Below, piece after piece: positions 23,660-32,663 of a stretch of 41,548 nt of DNA (positions are counted from its first letter, which is position 1; every line of letters begins with the position of its first letter). The notes beneath the pieces are model-generated. The model was not told the DNA's origin. It made no database searches and was given only the letters and a program-made list of their open reading frames with translations. Position numbers and translations under genes: made by a program. Origin of the DNA: Thermomicrobiales bacterium (GTDB lineage: Bacteria > Chloroflexota > Chloroflexia > Thermomicrobiales > CADCWN01); the NCBI GenBank assembly GCA_035763465.1, contig DASUBC010000254.1, positions 1-41,548 on the forward strand, read 5' to 3'.

Positions 23660-25058
23660 GACTGAGCGTGTGGCGCAAGGCAGAGCGGAAGGGGGCGGCG
23701 CGCCAGGCAGCAAGGTCGCGGTCGAGCGCGGCGAGTTGCTCGCCCTGCGCGTTCCAGGCTGCCTCGACCTGCCCGGCGTATTCTTTGCGTGTCTCGGCCA
23801 GTGTTTTGGCGCGAGCCAGCTCGTCTTCCGTGCCGGCAAGGCGTTGGAGTAACTCTTGTTGCCGTTCGTAGTCGGGTAGCAGCATTGCCGGGGTAAATTC
23901 GCCTGGCTGGCGGCGACTCGGCGCGGCGCACCAGGCGGCGAGCGGCGCAATCGTCTTGTCCCAGGTCAAGAGCTCATCGGTCAGCCGGCTGGCGTTCTCG
24001 CTCCAGCGGCGGAGCGTCTCCGGCGCCATGAGTACCTGTTCGATGGCAGCCGCCACCGCCTGTTGGTCAGCGGGGTCAACGGCCACGCCGGCCTCGTAGC
24101 GCCCGATTGGTTCGGCCAGCTCCGAATAACTACTGTGCAGGACCGGCAGGCCGCAAGAGAGATATTCGACTGTCCGGTTCGCCACCGCGAGTTCACGTTC
24201 AAGGTTATGACCGAAGAGATCGAACGCCAGATCTGCCCGGCGATACAGGTCGAGCACGGCGGAGTGCGTTCGCTGCGTGCCGGGGAAGATGGTTACACGC
24301 GGGTGTGCCTCCGCCCAGGTGACGAACTCCCCATACCACAAGGCATTCTGCGAGTGGATGGGGTGCTGGGTGAGATGAATTTCGAGCTGTCCCCGTCCAC
24401 AACGTTCAAGCGTTTCCGCTACTGTCTTCAGCGGGGCAAGCGGGTCGTGCCAGGGGAGGGCCACGCCCGCGAAGATGATCACTGGTTCGGCATTTGGCGG
24501 CCCATGCGGCGGCCGTGGCGCCGGTGGAGCGGACATAATCATGGTCGCCAGGCGCGTGGCGCAATCCTGCGGTGTAAAGCCAGCGATGAGCAACCAGGCG
24601 GCGAAATACGCGCGCTGGCGCTCGCCCGCACAGACGACGAAGTCGGCCAATGCCAGCCCTTGTGGTTTCCGCGCCGCGAGGTCCAGCCCTTTCTGCTTGC
24701 CCTGATGGAGGAACTCAAGCAGGACGGGCCCGGCAACATCAACGGCCATTGGTACGGGACAGGTCGAAAATTGCGAGGCGAGCAGCCAGCTCGCGCAGAC
24801 CACGACCTCTGGCTGGTGCGCGGCGACGGCGGCGGCAGGATCGCTCCAGTTGAAGGTGTACGGTTGCGCTGCCGCGATCGCCGCCGCGTCTACCTGGCCG
24901 GCCAGCGCCTCCAGCGGCTCGCGGGGAAAACTGAGCGTTACGTCGTAGCCGGCGGTCTCCAGGCCACGGGCGAGCGTCCAGCTGCGTAAACCACCACCGA
25001 CTGTCGGTAAACCAGGCAAGGGCACGACGTCGCACGACAGAACGAGAACACGCGTCAT
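23625..25058 (-). CDS. glycosyltransferase (GT-B fold, GT1/GT4-like) with C-terminal coiled-coil tail
   Basis: MTRVLVLSCDVVPLPGLPTVGGGLRSWTLARGLETAGYDV... ATG at 25058 shares one base with the GT2 stop (TGATG). The tail is rich in heptad-like E/A/L/R (QQELLQRLAGTEDELARAKTLAETRKEY..). Confidence 0.75.
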   Translation of the reverse strand: MTRVLVLSCDVVPLPGLPTVGGGLRSWTLARGLETAGYDVTLSFPREPLEALAGQVDAAAIAAAQPYTFNWSDPAAAVAAHQPEVVVCASWLLASQFSTCPVPMAVDVAGPVLLEFLHQGKQKGLDLAARKPQGLALADFVVCAGERQRAYFAAWLLIAGFTPQDCATRLATMIMSAPPAPRPPHGPPNAEPVIIFAGVALPWHDPLAPLKTVAETLERCGRGQLEIHLTQHPIHSQNALWYGEFVTWAEAHPRVTIFPGTQRTHSAVLDLYRRADLAFDLFGHNLERELAVANRTVEYLSCGLPVLHSSYSELAEPIGRYEAGVAVDPADQQAVAAAIEQVLMAPETLRRWSENASRLTDELLTWDKTIAPLAAWCAAPSRRQPGEFTPAMLLPDYERQQELLQRLAGTEDELARAKTLAETRKEYAGQVEAAWNAQGEQLAALDRDLAAWRAAPFRSALRHTLSRPRSAERGTRN

Positions 25059-26206
25059 CAATATCGCTCCTGCGCTACGCCAGATTGCCCGGTCGTCCCG
25101 GCCCGTCCTCGCCGGCGCTGTTTCAATCGTGACCCCAGGCGATAGAGGCCGTTCTTGATCGGATTGGCTCGCCGCACGGCGTCTTCGAGCACTTCGGTAT
25201 GCGCCGCAAGCTCGCGGTGCGCCGTTTCAAGTTCCGCGACGCGCACTTCGAGGCGCTGGGCGTAGACCTGCGCCTCGGCCAGTTGTGTCTCCATCGCGCC
25301 GCGGTATTCGGGGTTATCAAGGAGCAGATCGTCGAGCTTCTCCGCCCACTCGCCGCCGAAATGCTCTTTCAGACCGCGCTGCAAGCCGGCGATGAAGTAA
25401 TAGTCCATCGCCGCCCGGTAAAACCGCTGCGTCACTTCATTCGTTCGCGCACCGGTGACGCCCGCCATGTAGGCCAGCTCGGGATGCTTCTTCACCGCGT
25501 AGGCGGCCGATTCGCCGTTGCGCAGCTGGCTTTGCAGCATGGGGGCCAGCCGCATTGCATGGAGGTGGTAGACGAGGGCGTCAGGGTCGTAGACCAGGCG
25601 TACCCCGGCCTGGTGCAGCCGGTAGCCGAGCTCGATGTCCTCGAAGGCTGCGTACGGAAATTGCTCATCGAAGCCGCCGAGGGTGAGGGCGGTGGCGCGC
25701 CAGAGGGCGACGTTGGCGGTGTAGAAGCAGCGGTAGGTGGCATTGTGGGGGTCGGTGATCTGGGCGAAGTTGAAGCGGTAGCCGGGGGCGAGGAAGGCCA
25801 TAAAGGGGCTGACCGCGAGGGCGGGATGCCAGGCGATCTGGCCGATGGCGGCGGTGGTGGGCGAGACGGCGGCGGCGTGGCGGGCGAGGAGGTCTGGGTG
25901 GGGCACACAGTCGTCGTCGGTGCAGACGACGATGGGCGCCTGGGCGGCGTGAAGGCCGCGGTTGCGAGCGGCAGCGGGGCCGGCGTTGCGGGCGGCGGGG
26001 AGGAGGCGCAGGGGGTAAGGAGCGCTGGCGGCGTAGTGCTGGACCTGGCTGGGGGTCTGGTCGGAGGAGGCGTCGTCGCAGACGAGGACTTCGAAGGTGG
26101 CGGGGGGAAGGGTTTGGGTGCGGTAGCCGTCGAGCACCTGCACCAACTGCGCCCAGCGGTTGTAGGTCGGAATCACCACACTCACTTGCAGCGTTGCTTG
26201 TGTCAC
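25058..26206 (-). CDS. family 2 glycosyltransferase with C-terminal coiled-coil tail
   Basis: VSVVIPTYNRWAQLVQVLDGYRTQT...VLVCDDASSDQT and VCTDDDC (DxD). GTG 26206 follows AGGGG; the track TTG at 26242 is also possible. The last ~90 aa (ETQLAEAQVYAQRLEVRVAELETAHRELAAH..) look coiled-coil. Confidence 0.85.
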   Translation of the reverse strand: MTQATLQVSVVIPTYNRWAQLVQVLDGYRTQTLPPATFEVLVCDDASSDQTPSQVQHYAASAPYPLRLLPAARNAGPAAARNRGLHAAQAPIVVCTDDDCVPHPDLLARHAAAVSPTTAAIGQIAWHPALAVSPFMAFLAPGYRFNFAQITDPHNATYRCFYTANVALWRATALTLGGFDEQFPYAAFEDIELGYRLHQAGVRLVYDPDALVYHLHAMRLAPMLQSQLRNGESAAYAVKKHPELAYMAGVTGARTNEVTQRFYRAAMDYYFIAGLQRGLKEHFGGEWAEKLDDLLLDNPEYRGAMETQLAEAQVYAQRLEVRVAELETAHRELAAHTEVLEDAVRRANPIKNGLYRLGSRLKQRRRGRAGTTGQSGVAQERY

Positions 26207-26379
26207 CGTCGAACCCCTGGCCTTCCTTCGCGCGAGCAGCAATTGGTGTGAACTATAGAAACGTGCCCGCAGGCTGACAAGTCGGGGCGGTGGCTACGAC
26301 ATATCCCACATGTCCAAACAAGAGTTTTTCGATAGCATGATACTGGCAATCCAGCCACAACCGCGAGAAGGAGTAGCGA

Positions 26380-27171
26380 ATGGATCTGGGACTACAGAAT
26401 AAGGTGGCGCTGGTCACGGCGGCGAGCAAGGGACTTGGGAAGGCGATTGCACTACAACTCGCGCAGGAAGGAGCGCGGGTGGCGATCTGCTCGCGCTCGG
26501 GAGAGTCGTTGCGGGCGGCGGCGGCCGAGATCGCGGCGGCAGCCGGACAAGAACCGCTCTATGTCGCAGCTGATGTCAGCGACGCGGCGGCGATTGACCG
26601 GCTCATCGGCGCGGTGCATGACCATTACGGGCCAATCGACATTTTGGTCAACAACGCAGGTGGGCCACCGCCCGGCGTCTTTCCGGAGCTGAGCGACCAG
26701 CAGTGGGAGGGCGCGGTGAGTCTGCTGCTCCTCAGCACAGTGCGGCTGACGCGCGCGGTCCTGCCGGAGATGCGCGAGCGGCAGTGGGGCCGGATCATTA
26801 ATTCGGTGTCGGTCTCGGTCAAGCAGCCTATCTCGGGGCTGATGCTCTCCAACTCCGTGCGCGCAGCCGTGATTGGACTGGCGAAGACACTCTCACAGGA
26901 GGTTGCACGCGACGGCGTGACCGTTAACAACCTGTTGCCCGGCTCGATTTACACCGACCGTATCGAGCAATTAAACGCCGCAACCGCGAAACGCGCGAAT
27001 AGCACGCCAGACGAGGTACGCCGAGCGGCCGAAGCCGATATCCCGGTGGGACGCTATGGTCGCGTGGAGGAATACGCGGCGGCGGCAGCTTTCCTGGCGT
27101 CGGAGCAGGCCAGCTACATCACCGGCGTCAGCCTGCTGGTGGACGGCGGCGTTTATCGCGGGTTGATGTAA
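26380..27171 (+). CDS. SDR-family oxidoreductase (FabG-like)
   Basis: VTAASKGLGKAIA (TGxxxGxG variant), NNAGG, and the S...YxxxK-equivalent region. SD GAAGGAG. Confidence 0.9.
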   Translation: MDLGLQNKVALVTAASKGLGKAIALQLAQEGARVAICSRSGESLRAAAAEIAAAAGQEPLYVAADVSDAAAIDRLIGAVHDHYGPIDILVNNAGGPPPGVFPELSDQQWEGAVSLLLLSTVRLTRAVLPEMRERQWGRIINSVSVSVKQPISGLMLSNSVRAAVIGLAKTLSQEVARDGVTVNNLLPGSIYTDRIEQLNAATAKRANSTPDEVRRAAEADIPVGRYGRVEEYAAAAAFLASEQASYITGVSLLVDGGVYRGLM

Positions 27172-27185
27172 GGCGCTGTTGCAGA

Positions 27186-27854
27186 TTGACAGACTACAGT
27201 TCAGTTGGCTTAGATGAACCGCTGAACCCGCAAGGTCCATTTACGCGGCTTTGCGCCGAGGCGGCAGCGTGCCGGCGCTGCCCGGCGATGGCCGGACGTC
27301 GGCGGGTGTTGACCGCGGCAAACGGCCGGCCGGGTGCGCTCGTCTTCTTCGTCGGCGAAGCGCCAGGACGGTTCGGCGGCGAGCGCACCGGCGTGCCCCT
27401 CAGTGGCGACCAGTCCGGTCGTAACTTTACGGCGCTCCTGGCGGCGGCGGGACTGCGGCGCGAGGACGTCTTTATCACCAACGCGGTGCTCTGTAACCCG
27501 CGCGACGAGCGGGGTAGAAACCGGCCGCCAGCTCGCGCCGAGCTGGCGGCATGTGGCGAATTCCTGGCCCGCCAGCTCGCCGCTATTGACGCGCCGCTCG
27601 TCGTGCCGCTGGGCGCGGTCGCGCTGGCGGCGCTCGGCGCGCTTGCTCCACACGGCTTGCGCCTGCGCGATGCGGTCGGGCGACCGCGCGCCTGGCAGGG
27701 ACGGTTGCTGATGCCGCTGTACCATCCTGGTCCGCGCGCGCAACTTCACCGGCCCTTCGCCGTCCAGCAGGCTGATTTCGTCGCGCTTGGGGCGCTGGCG
27801 CAGCAACTGCGTGCGGCACCGGGAACCTTTCAGGCCGTTGCGGCGTTGGACTGA
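27186..27854 (+). CDS. uracil-DNA glycosylase superfamily protein (family-4-like, Fe-S type)
   Basis: CRRCP, FVGEAPGRFGGERTGVP (GEAPG motif A), ITNAVLCNP, and LYHPGPRA (motif B-like). TTG start, uncertain. Confidence 0.7.
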   Translation: MTDYSSVGLDEPLNPQGPFTRLCAEAAACRRCPAMAGRRRVLTAANGRPGALVFFVGEAPGRFGGERTGVPLSGDQSGRNFTALLAAAGLRREDVFITNAVLCNPRDERGRNRPPARAELAACGEFLARQLAAIDAPLVVPLGAVALAALGALAPHGLRLRDAVGRPRAWQGRLLMPLYHPGPRAQLHRPFAVQQADFVALGALAQQLRAAPGTFQAVAALD

Positions 27855-27891
27855 TGAACCACCAAGACGGTGGGCATTGACTGGCGCACTG

Positions 27892-27900
27892 TGGTATACT
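27892..27900 (+). promoter_or_regulatory. extended -10 promoter candidate (TGgTATACT) upstream of tatA
   Basis: Read directly. No convincing -35 at 17 nt. Confidence 0.3.
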
Positions 27901-27992
27901 CAGTGAATAGTCAACAACGTCTGGCTTGGTCAAACGCCGCTTGACGCTGGCGTGACATACGGCAATGAACCAGGGGGCAAAAGGAGGCCACG

Positions 27993-28274
27993 ATGGGATT
28001 TGGCGCCCTTCAACCAATGCACTTGCTCTTGATTCTGGCGATCGTGCTTGTCGTCTTCGGCGCTGGGAAACTTGGCCAGATCGGTGGCGCGCTGGGCAAG
28101 AGCGTGAAGGAATTTAAGGAGAACGTCGGCGACGACGAGGAACAGAACCAGCTCGCTGCTGCCCAGGAAGCCAGGCCAATCAAAACTGAAGCCATCAGGA
28201 CCGAGACTCGCGCGGCGGCTCCGGTCGCGACTGTTGAACGCCCTACCGAGACACTGCGGCGCGAGGAGATCTGA
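27993..28274 (+). CDS. tatA: twin-arginine translocase subunit TatA/E
   Basis: MGFGALQPMHLLLILAIVLVVFGAGKLGQIGGALGKSVKEFKE followed by an acidic tail. SD AAAGGAGG. Confidence 0.9.
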   Translation: MGFGALQPMHLLLILAIVLVVFGAGKLGQIGGALGKSVKEFKENVGDDEEQNQLAAAQEARPIKTEAIRTETRAAAPVATVERPTETLRREEI

Positions 28275-28299
28275 GTCAGTCTACGTATTTTGAGTAATC

Positions 28300-28335
28300 C
28301 AAGAATGAGCGACCAATCGTTTGGTCGCTCATTCT
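28300..28335. terminator. bidirectional terminator hairpin (16-bp perfect stem)
   Basis: AAGAATGAGCGACCAA-tcgt-TTGGTCGCTCATTCTT followed by GCTTCT. Lies between convergent tatA and the 28348..29415 gene. Confidence 0.6.
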
Positions 28336-28347
28336 TGCTTCTATGTG

Positions 28348-29415
28348 CTAGAGCGCGGCGAGCTCAGCGACGACTGTCCGGCAAGCAGAGACATCGGCCC
28401 AGAGGATGCGCGGCGCACGCGTCGGTGTGCGAATCTCCGCCACACTCAGCCGAGGGCTGAGCGTGTTGGTTGGGACATACGCGCGCTGGTCGGCCGGCAA
28501 CGAGTCGGCCCAGGCCGTCGGCGGCGCCGGCGGCTCGCGCGCCAGAAAGTCGCCAGCAGTAAAGTACACCGCATACGTGGCGAGTGTGTCCGCACTCAAG
28601 TCCGGCACCCTTGCCTGGATCAGCTGATACGTCAGCGGGCCACTCACCGGCACGCCAAGTCCAGACAGCAGGGTGAGCGGGCCACTGCGCGACGTCAGGT
28701 CGCGCCGCGCCGCGCCAGCGAGCAGACGGGCGGCGTCGCGCCGAAAGCGTGCCGCCAGGAGACGCTTTTCGTTGCGTTCCGCCAGCAGCGCGGCCACGCT
28801 CTGTGACGGCGTACCAGGCGCGGCGTGCTGTTGCAGCACCAGTGGGAGATCGGCGAGTTCGGGGTGAATCAGCATCCCGGTCTCACGACTGATTAACGTG
28901 ACCAGATAGCGCATTCCTGCGTAATCAACCTGGCCGCCAGCGGCTAAGCGGGCACGCTCGGACGCGAGCAACGCGCCATAATGCTGCGCCCGGTCTGCCG
29001 GTAGAACATCGTTCAGGAGTGTGGCGATTCGGCCAAGCACGGCGCGCATATGGCCGGCGTCGAAGCGGTAACTCCAGGTATCGAGCGTATCCCGCGCCTG
29101 GCTTGCCGGCAACCGCGCGGTGAGCGCCCGCATAGTGTTCGCCCCCTGCGGCAGCACCGCAGCCGCGATGACCAGCAAGACCCAATCGCGCGGCGGGAGG
29201 TCGCTGACACCCCGCACGTACGCCGCCAGCGCGGGGTCGCCCACGTCAAGTGGCAGCGGCCAGGCGGCATCCACCGCGCGGTCGCCAACCAGCGCGAGAC
29301 TTCCCGCCGCGAGGAGTCCTGCCGTGAACGTCCGCCGGCCAAAGCGTGGCGTCTCGATTGCCTTGAAGACTGCGGTTGCCATCGTTCGCCGCACTGGCCT
29401 AGAGCTGCCTGGCAT
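28348..29415 (-). CDS. Tat-signal protein of unknown function
   Basis: N-terminus ..ETPRFGRRTFTAGLLAAGSLALVGDRAVDA has the twin-arginine pattern (RRxF + hydrophobic region + AxA). I recognise no family in the remaining ~300 aa. The start could be 29415 or 29382; neither has an SD. Confidence 0.6.
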   Translation of the reverse strand: MPGSSRPVRRTMATAVFKAIETPRFGRRTFTAGLLAAGSLALVGDRAVDAAWPLPLDVGDPALAAYVRGVSDLPPRDWVLLVIAAAVLPQGANTMRALTARLPASQARDTLDTWSYRFDAGHMRAVLGRIATLLNDVLPADRAQHYGALLASERARLAAGGQVDYAGMRYLVTLISRETGMLIHPELADLPLVLQQHAAPGTPSQSVAALLAERNEKRLLAARFRRDAARLLAGAARRDLTSRSGPLTLLSGLGVPVSGPLTYQLIQARVPDLSADTLATYAVYFTAGDFLAREPPAPPTAWADSLPADQRAYVPTNTLSPRLSVAEIRTPTRAPRILWADVSACRTVVAELAAL

Positions 29416-29427
29416 AGTGCCCGAATG

Positions 29428-29443
29428 TCTATGCTAGCATAGA
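29428..29443. promoter_or_regulatory. 16-bp perfect palindrome in divergent intergenic region
   Basis: TCTATGCTAGCATAGA equals its own reverse complement. It is followed by the tandem TAAGATCC TAAGATCC (29468-29483). Confidence 0.35.
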
Positions 29444-29606
29444 TTGCGCGAAATGACGTTGCTGGCATAAGATCCTAAGATCCTGGTTGCCGGCGTCAGG
29501 AAATTCTGGTCCGCCGGGCTCTGGCTTCTGGCGGGTGCCGCACCAGCGCTTCTGACGACCGACAATGGGTGTATACTGGATGTGAACGCCATCGGCCACC
29601 GGAACA

Positions 29607-32600
29607 GTGGTAATCACGGTGCCACGGCTCATGGCCACATTCTTCGCGCTGCACATTCCGCCCAGCACCCCTGGCCCGCTGCTCGTCGGCCGGGACCGCG
29701 AGCAGGCGGTGCTACGCGACTGTCTCGCCCACACACGCGCCGGGCACGGCAGTCTCGTGCTGCTCGGCGGCGAGGCGGGTGTCGGCAAGACCGCGCTCGC
29801 GGAGGCACTGAGCCGCGAAGCCACGCACCAGGGCGTGCTCGTCCTCACCGGCCACTGCTACGACCTTACGGAGACTCCACCCTATGGCCCCTGGCTTGAC
29901 CTCTGCGCGCGCTATCCCGCTGGTGACGCGCTGCCTCCGCTGCCCGTGCCCCTGGCCGCACGCGGGCAACTTGGGGTCATCACGAGCCAGAACACGTTCT
30001 TTCGCGAGGTCCAGGACTTCCTGACGGCGGTCGCGGCTCGGCGCCCGCTGGTGCTGCTGCTCGATGACCTGCACTGGGCCGACCCTACCTCCCTCGAGCT
30101 CCTGCGTTTCCTGGCCCGCCAGCTGGCGACCGTGCCAGTGTTGCTCATCGCCACCTACCGCGATGATGAACTCACACGGCAACACCCGCTGTACCAGCTG
30201 CTGCCGCTGCTCGTCCGCGAGGCCCCGGCCAGCCGGATGGCCCTACGTCCCCTGCCCGACGACGCGGTGGAGGCGTTGGTGCAGGCACGCTACTCCCTAC
30301 CCAGCCCCGACGCCGCGCGCCTCGTCGCCTACCTGCACGCTCACGCCGAGGGTAACCCGTTCTACATCGCGGAGCTGTTACACGCCTGCGAAGACGAGGG
30401 CGTTCTCACCCTGCGCGACGAGGGTTGGATGTTGGGCGACCTGGCCCACGCATCCCTGCCTGCCTTGCTGCGACAGGTGATTGATGGCCGCCTGGCGCGG
30501 CTTGGCGAGCCGGCACGGGAGCAACTCGCGATCCTGGCGATCCTTGGACAGGACGTGCCGCTTGACCTCTGGGCGCGAGTCAGCGCGGTGGACGACGGCG
30601 CGCTAGTGGATCTGCTGGACCGGGCGGTGGACGCGCACATCCTCACCCCAACGCCCACGGGTACGGAAGTCCGCTTCTCGCACGCGTTGATCCGCGATGC
30701 GCTGTACGCCGGCATGTTGCCCGTCCGGCGGCAGCGCTGGCACCGGCGGGCCGGGGAGACGCTGGCCGCTGCGACCACACCTGACCCCGACGCTGTGGCC
30801 TACCATTTCCAGCAGGCGGGCGACGAGCGCGCGGCCAGCTGGCTGGTAGCAGCGGGGGAGCGGGCGCAGCGTGCCTACGCCTGGCTCACCGCCGCCGACC
30901 GGTTTGCGGCGGCGCTAGCGCTGATGCAGCATAGAAATGCCGCTGCTGGTGAACAAGCCCTGTTGCTCGTCCGGCTAGCCCAGGCCCGGCGCTACGCGGC
31001 ATCACGGCAGGGCGTGGCGGTACTGGAGCAAGCGATGCCACTCGCAGCGGCTGCAGGCGATCATGCGCTAGCCGCCATAATCGCCTTCGAACTGGGCAAA
31101 CTCCGGTGCTTTCTCCTGGACATCCGTCGCGGGCTGGCGGAGATGCAGGCTGGGCAGGCGGCAATCGAAGCGCTCTCCCCAGCAGACCGCTTGCGGCTCA
31201 AAGGGTTCCGCGAGGCGATCTACGGCGAGTCCGGAGAACAAGAAGTCTTCGATAGCCAAGGCGCGCTAACCGGCTTTCTTGCCGATGCCGGACGCTATGC
31301 CGAGGCGATCGCGCTCGGTGAACGTGTGTTGACGCAGATGCCGTCCACACCTATCAGCACTGGGCGGGACGGTTCGATGTACGGCGATGTCTATGAGGGG
31401 CTGGCAAAGAGTTATGCCGCGCTCGGACGTCCCGCCGCGGCCCGCCGAGCCTTCGCACACGCTAGAGCAGCCTACCGTGCTGTTGAACATCATTTCCAGG
31501 TTGCCCTGACCGCAGTCTTTGCATTGGAGTGCCTGCTGCTACCCTATCAGGCCGACCAGGTCGCGGAACGCCAGCATCTGGCGCAGGTGGCCGAGGATGC
31601 CTGGCGGCTGGCGAGTGGCGCTCTGGATAGCCTGCCACCGCGCGTGGCTCGGCTCAGTCCACTGGCGCTCGCGGGAGAGTGGACAGAGGTTCGGGAGCTG
31701 GCTCCGGCGCTCCTGGCGAACGAGCCTGGGATTCGCCTCTGGGCGGCGCATGTGCTCGGCCCGGTGGCATACGCGCAGGGCAACACAGCACTGGCCCAAA
31801 CCCTTGTGCAGGACGTCTTTCTCGATGGTCCAACCACTGCACCAGGGAACAGCATCTTCCGCTGGGCCTTGCCAATCCAGCGCCTGGCGGCAGCACTCGC
31901 GCTCGACACGGACGACCTGCCCACAGCCCGCGCCTGGCTGGAAGCGTATGACCGCTGGCTGGTCTGGAGCAGCGCGGTGCTCGGCCAGGCCGAAGGGCAG
32001 CTCGGCTGGGCGGCCTACTACCGTGCGGCAGGTGACCTGGACGCCGCTCACCGCCATGCCGAGGCGGCGTTGGTCCACGCCAGCGAACCGCGCCAGCCGC
32101 TCGCGCTCCTCGCCGCGCACCGCCTGCTCGGCGAACTCGCCATGGTGGCCGGCCAGCCTGCTGCGGCGACACAGCATCTCGCCAGAGCCCTGGCCCTGGC
32201 GAATGCCTGTGCCGCCCCGTACGAGCGCGCCCTGACTCTGCTGGCGCAGGCCGAAGTCGCTGCCAGCCACGACCGGGACCACGCCGTTAGACTCCTTGCC
32301 GAGGTCCGCGCGATTTGCACGCCGCTCGGTGCGGCGCCAGCGCTCGCCCGCGCCGACCACCTGACCGCGCGCCTCGCTCGCGTCCAGCCCACCCCATCAG
32401 CCTATCCCGGCGGGTTGACCGCGCGCGAGGTCGAGGTCTTGCGGCTGGTGGCCCAGGGGCTGACCAACGCCCAGGTCGCCGACCGCCTCTTCCTCAGTCC
32501 ACGTACAGTAGGCCGCCACCTCGACTCCATCTACAGCAAACTCGCCGTCTCCTCGCGCGCCGCCGCGACGCGCTTCGCCCTCGAACACGGCCTCGGCTAA
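29607..32600 (+). CDS. large ATP-binding LuxR-family regulator (LAL/MalT-like: AAA+/NB-ARC-type NTPase + TPR-like repeats + LuxR HTH)
   Basis: Walker [18 protein letters not shown], Walker [13 protein letters not shown], a long helical-repeat middle, and C-terminal [43 protein letters not shown]. The start is GTG 29607 or ATG 29631. Confidence 0.9.
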   Translation: MVITVPRLMATFFALHIPPSTPGPLLVGRDREQAVLRDCLAHTRAGHGSLVLLGGEAGVGKTALAEALSREATHQGVLVLTGHCYDLTETPPYGPWLDLCARYPAGDALPPLPVPLAARGQLGVITSQNTFFREVQDFLTAVAARRPLVLLLDDLHWADPTSLELLRFLARQLATVPVLLIATYRDDELTRQHPLYQLLPLLVREAPASRMALRPLPDDAVEALVQARYSLPSPDAARLVAYLHAHAEGNPFYIAELLHACEDEGVLTLRDEGWMLGDLAHASLPALLRQVIDGRLARLGEPAREQLAILAILGQDVPLDLWARVSAVDDGALVDLLDRAVDAHILTPTPTGTEVRFSHALIRDALYAGMLPVRRQRWHRRAGETLAAATTPDPDAVAYHFQQAGDERAASWLVAAGERAQRAYAWLTAADRFAAALALMQHRNAAAGEQALLLVRLAQARRYAASRQGVAVLEQAMPLAAAAGDHALAAIIAFELGKLRCFLLDIRRGLAEMQAGQAAIEALSPADRLRLKGFREAIYGESGEQEVFDSQGALTGFLADAGRYAEAIALGERVLTQMPSTPISTGRDGSMYGDVYEGLAKSYAALGRPAAARRAFAHARAAYRAVEHHFQVALTAVFALECLLLPYQADQVAERQHLAQVAEDAWRLASGALDSLPPRVARLSPLALAGEWTEVRELAPALLANEPGIRLWAAHVLGPVAYAQGNTALAQTLVQDVFLDGPTTAPGNSIFRWALPIQRLAAALALDTDDLPTARAWLEAYDRWLVWSSAVLGQAEGQLGWAAYYRAAGDLDAAHRHAEAALVHASEPRQPLALLAAHRLLGELAMVAGQPAAATQHLARALALANACAAPYERALTLLAQAEVAASHDRDHAVRLLAEVRAICTPLGAAPALARADHLTARLARVQPTPSAYPGGLTAREVEVLRLVAQGLTNAQVADRLFLSPRTVGRHLDSIYSKLAVSSRAAATRFALEHGLG

Positions 32601-32663
32601 ACCACCTCGGCAGTAGTCTAGGTGACCATATTGATGGCTCCAGCATACAGACTGTCTGACCCG

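Noticed and set aside
28348-32600. The AAA+/TPR protein as an anti-phage STAND (Avs-like) defence gene
   Set aside because: The C-terminus is a canonical LuxR DNA-binding HTH rather than a nuclease, protease or other effector domain. No other defence genes are adjacent. It is best explained as a LAL-type transcription factor.
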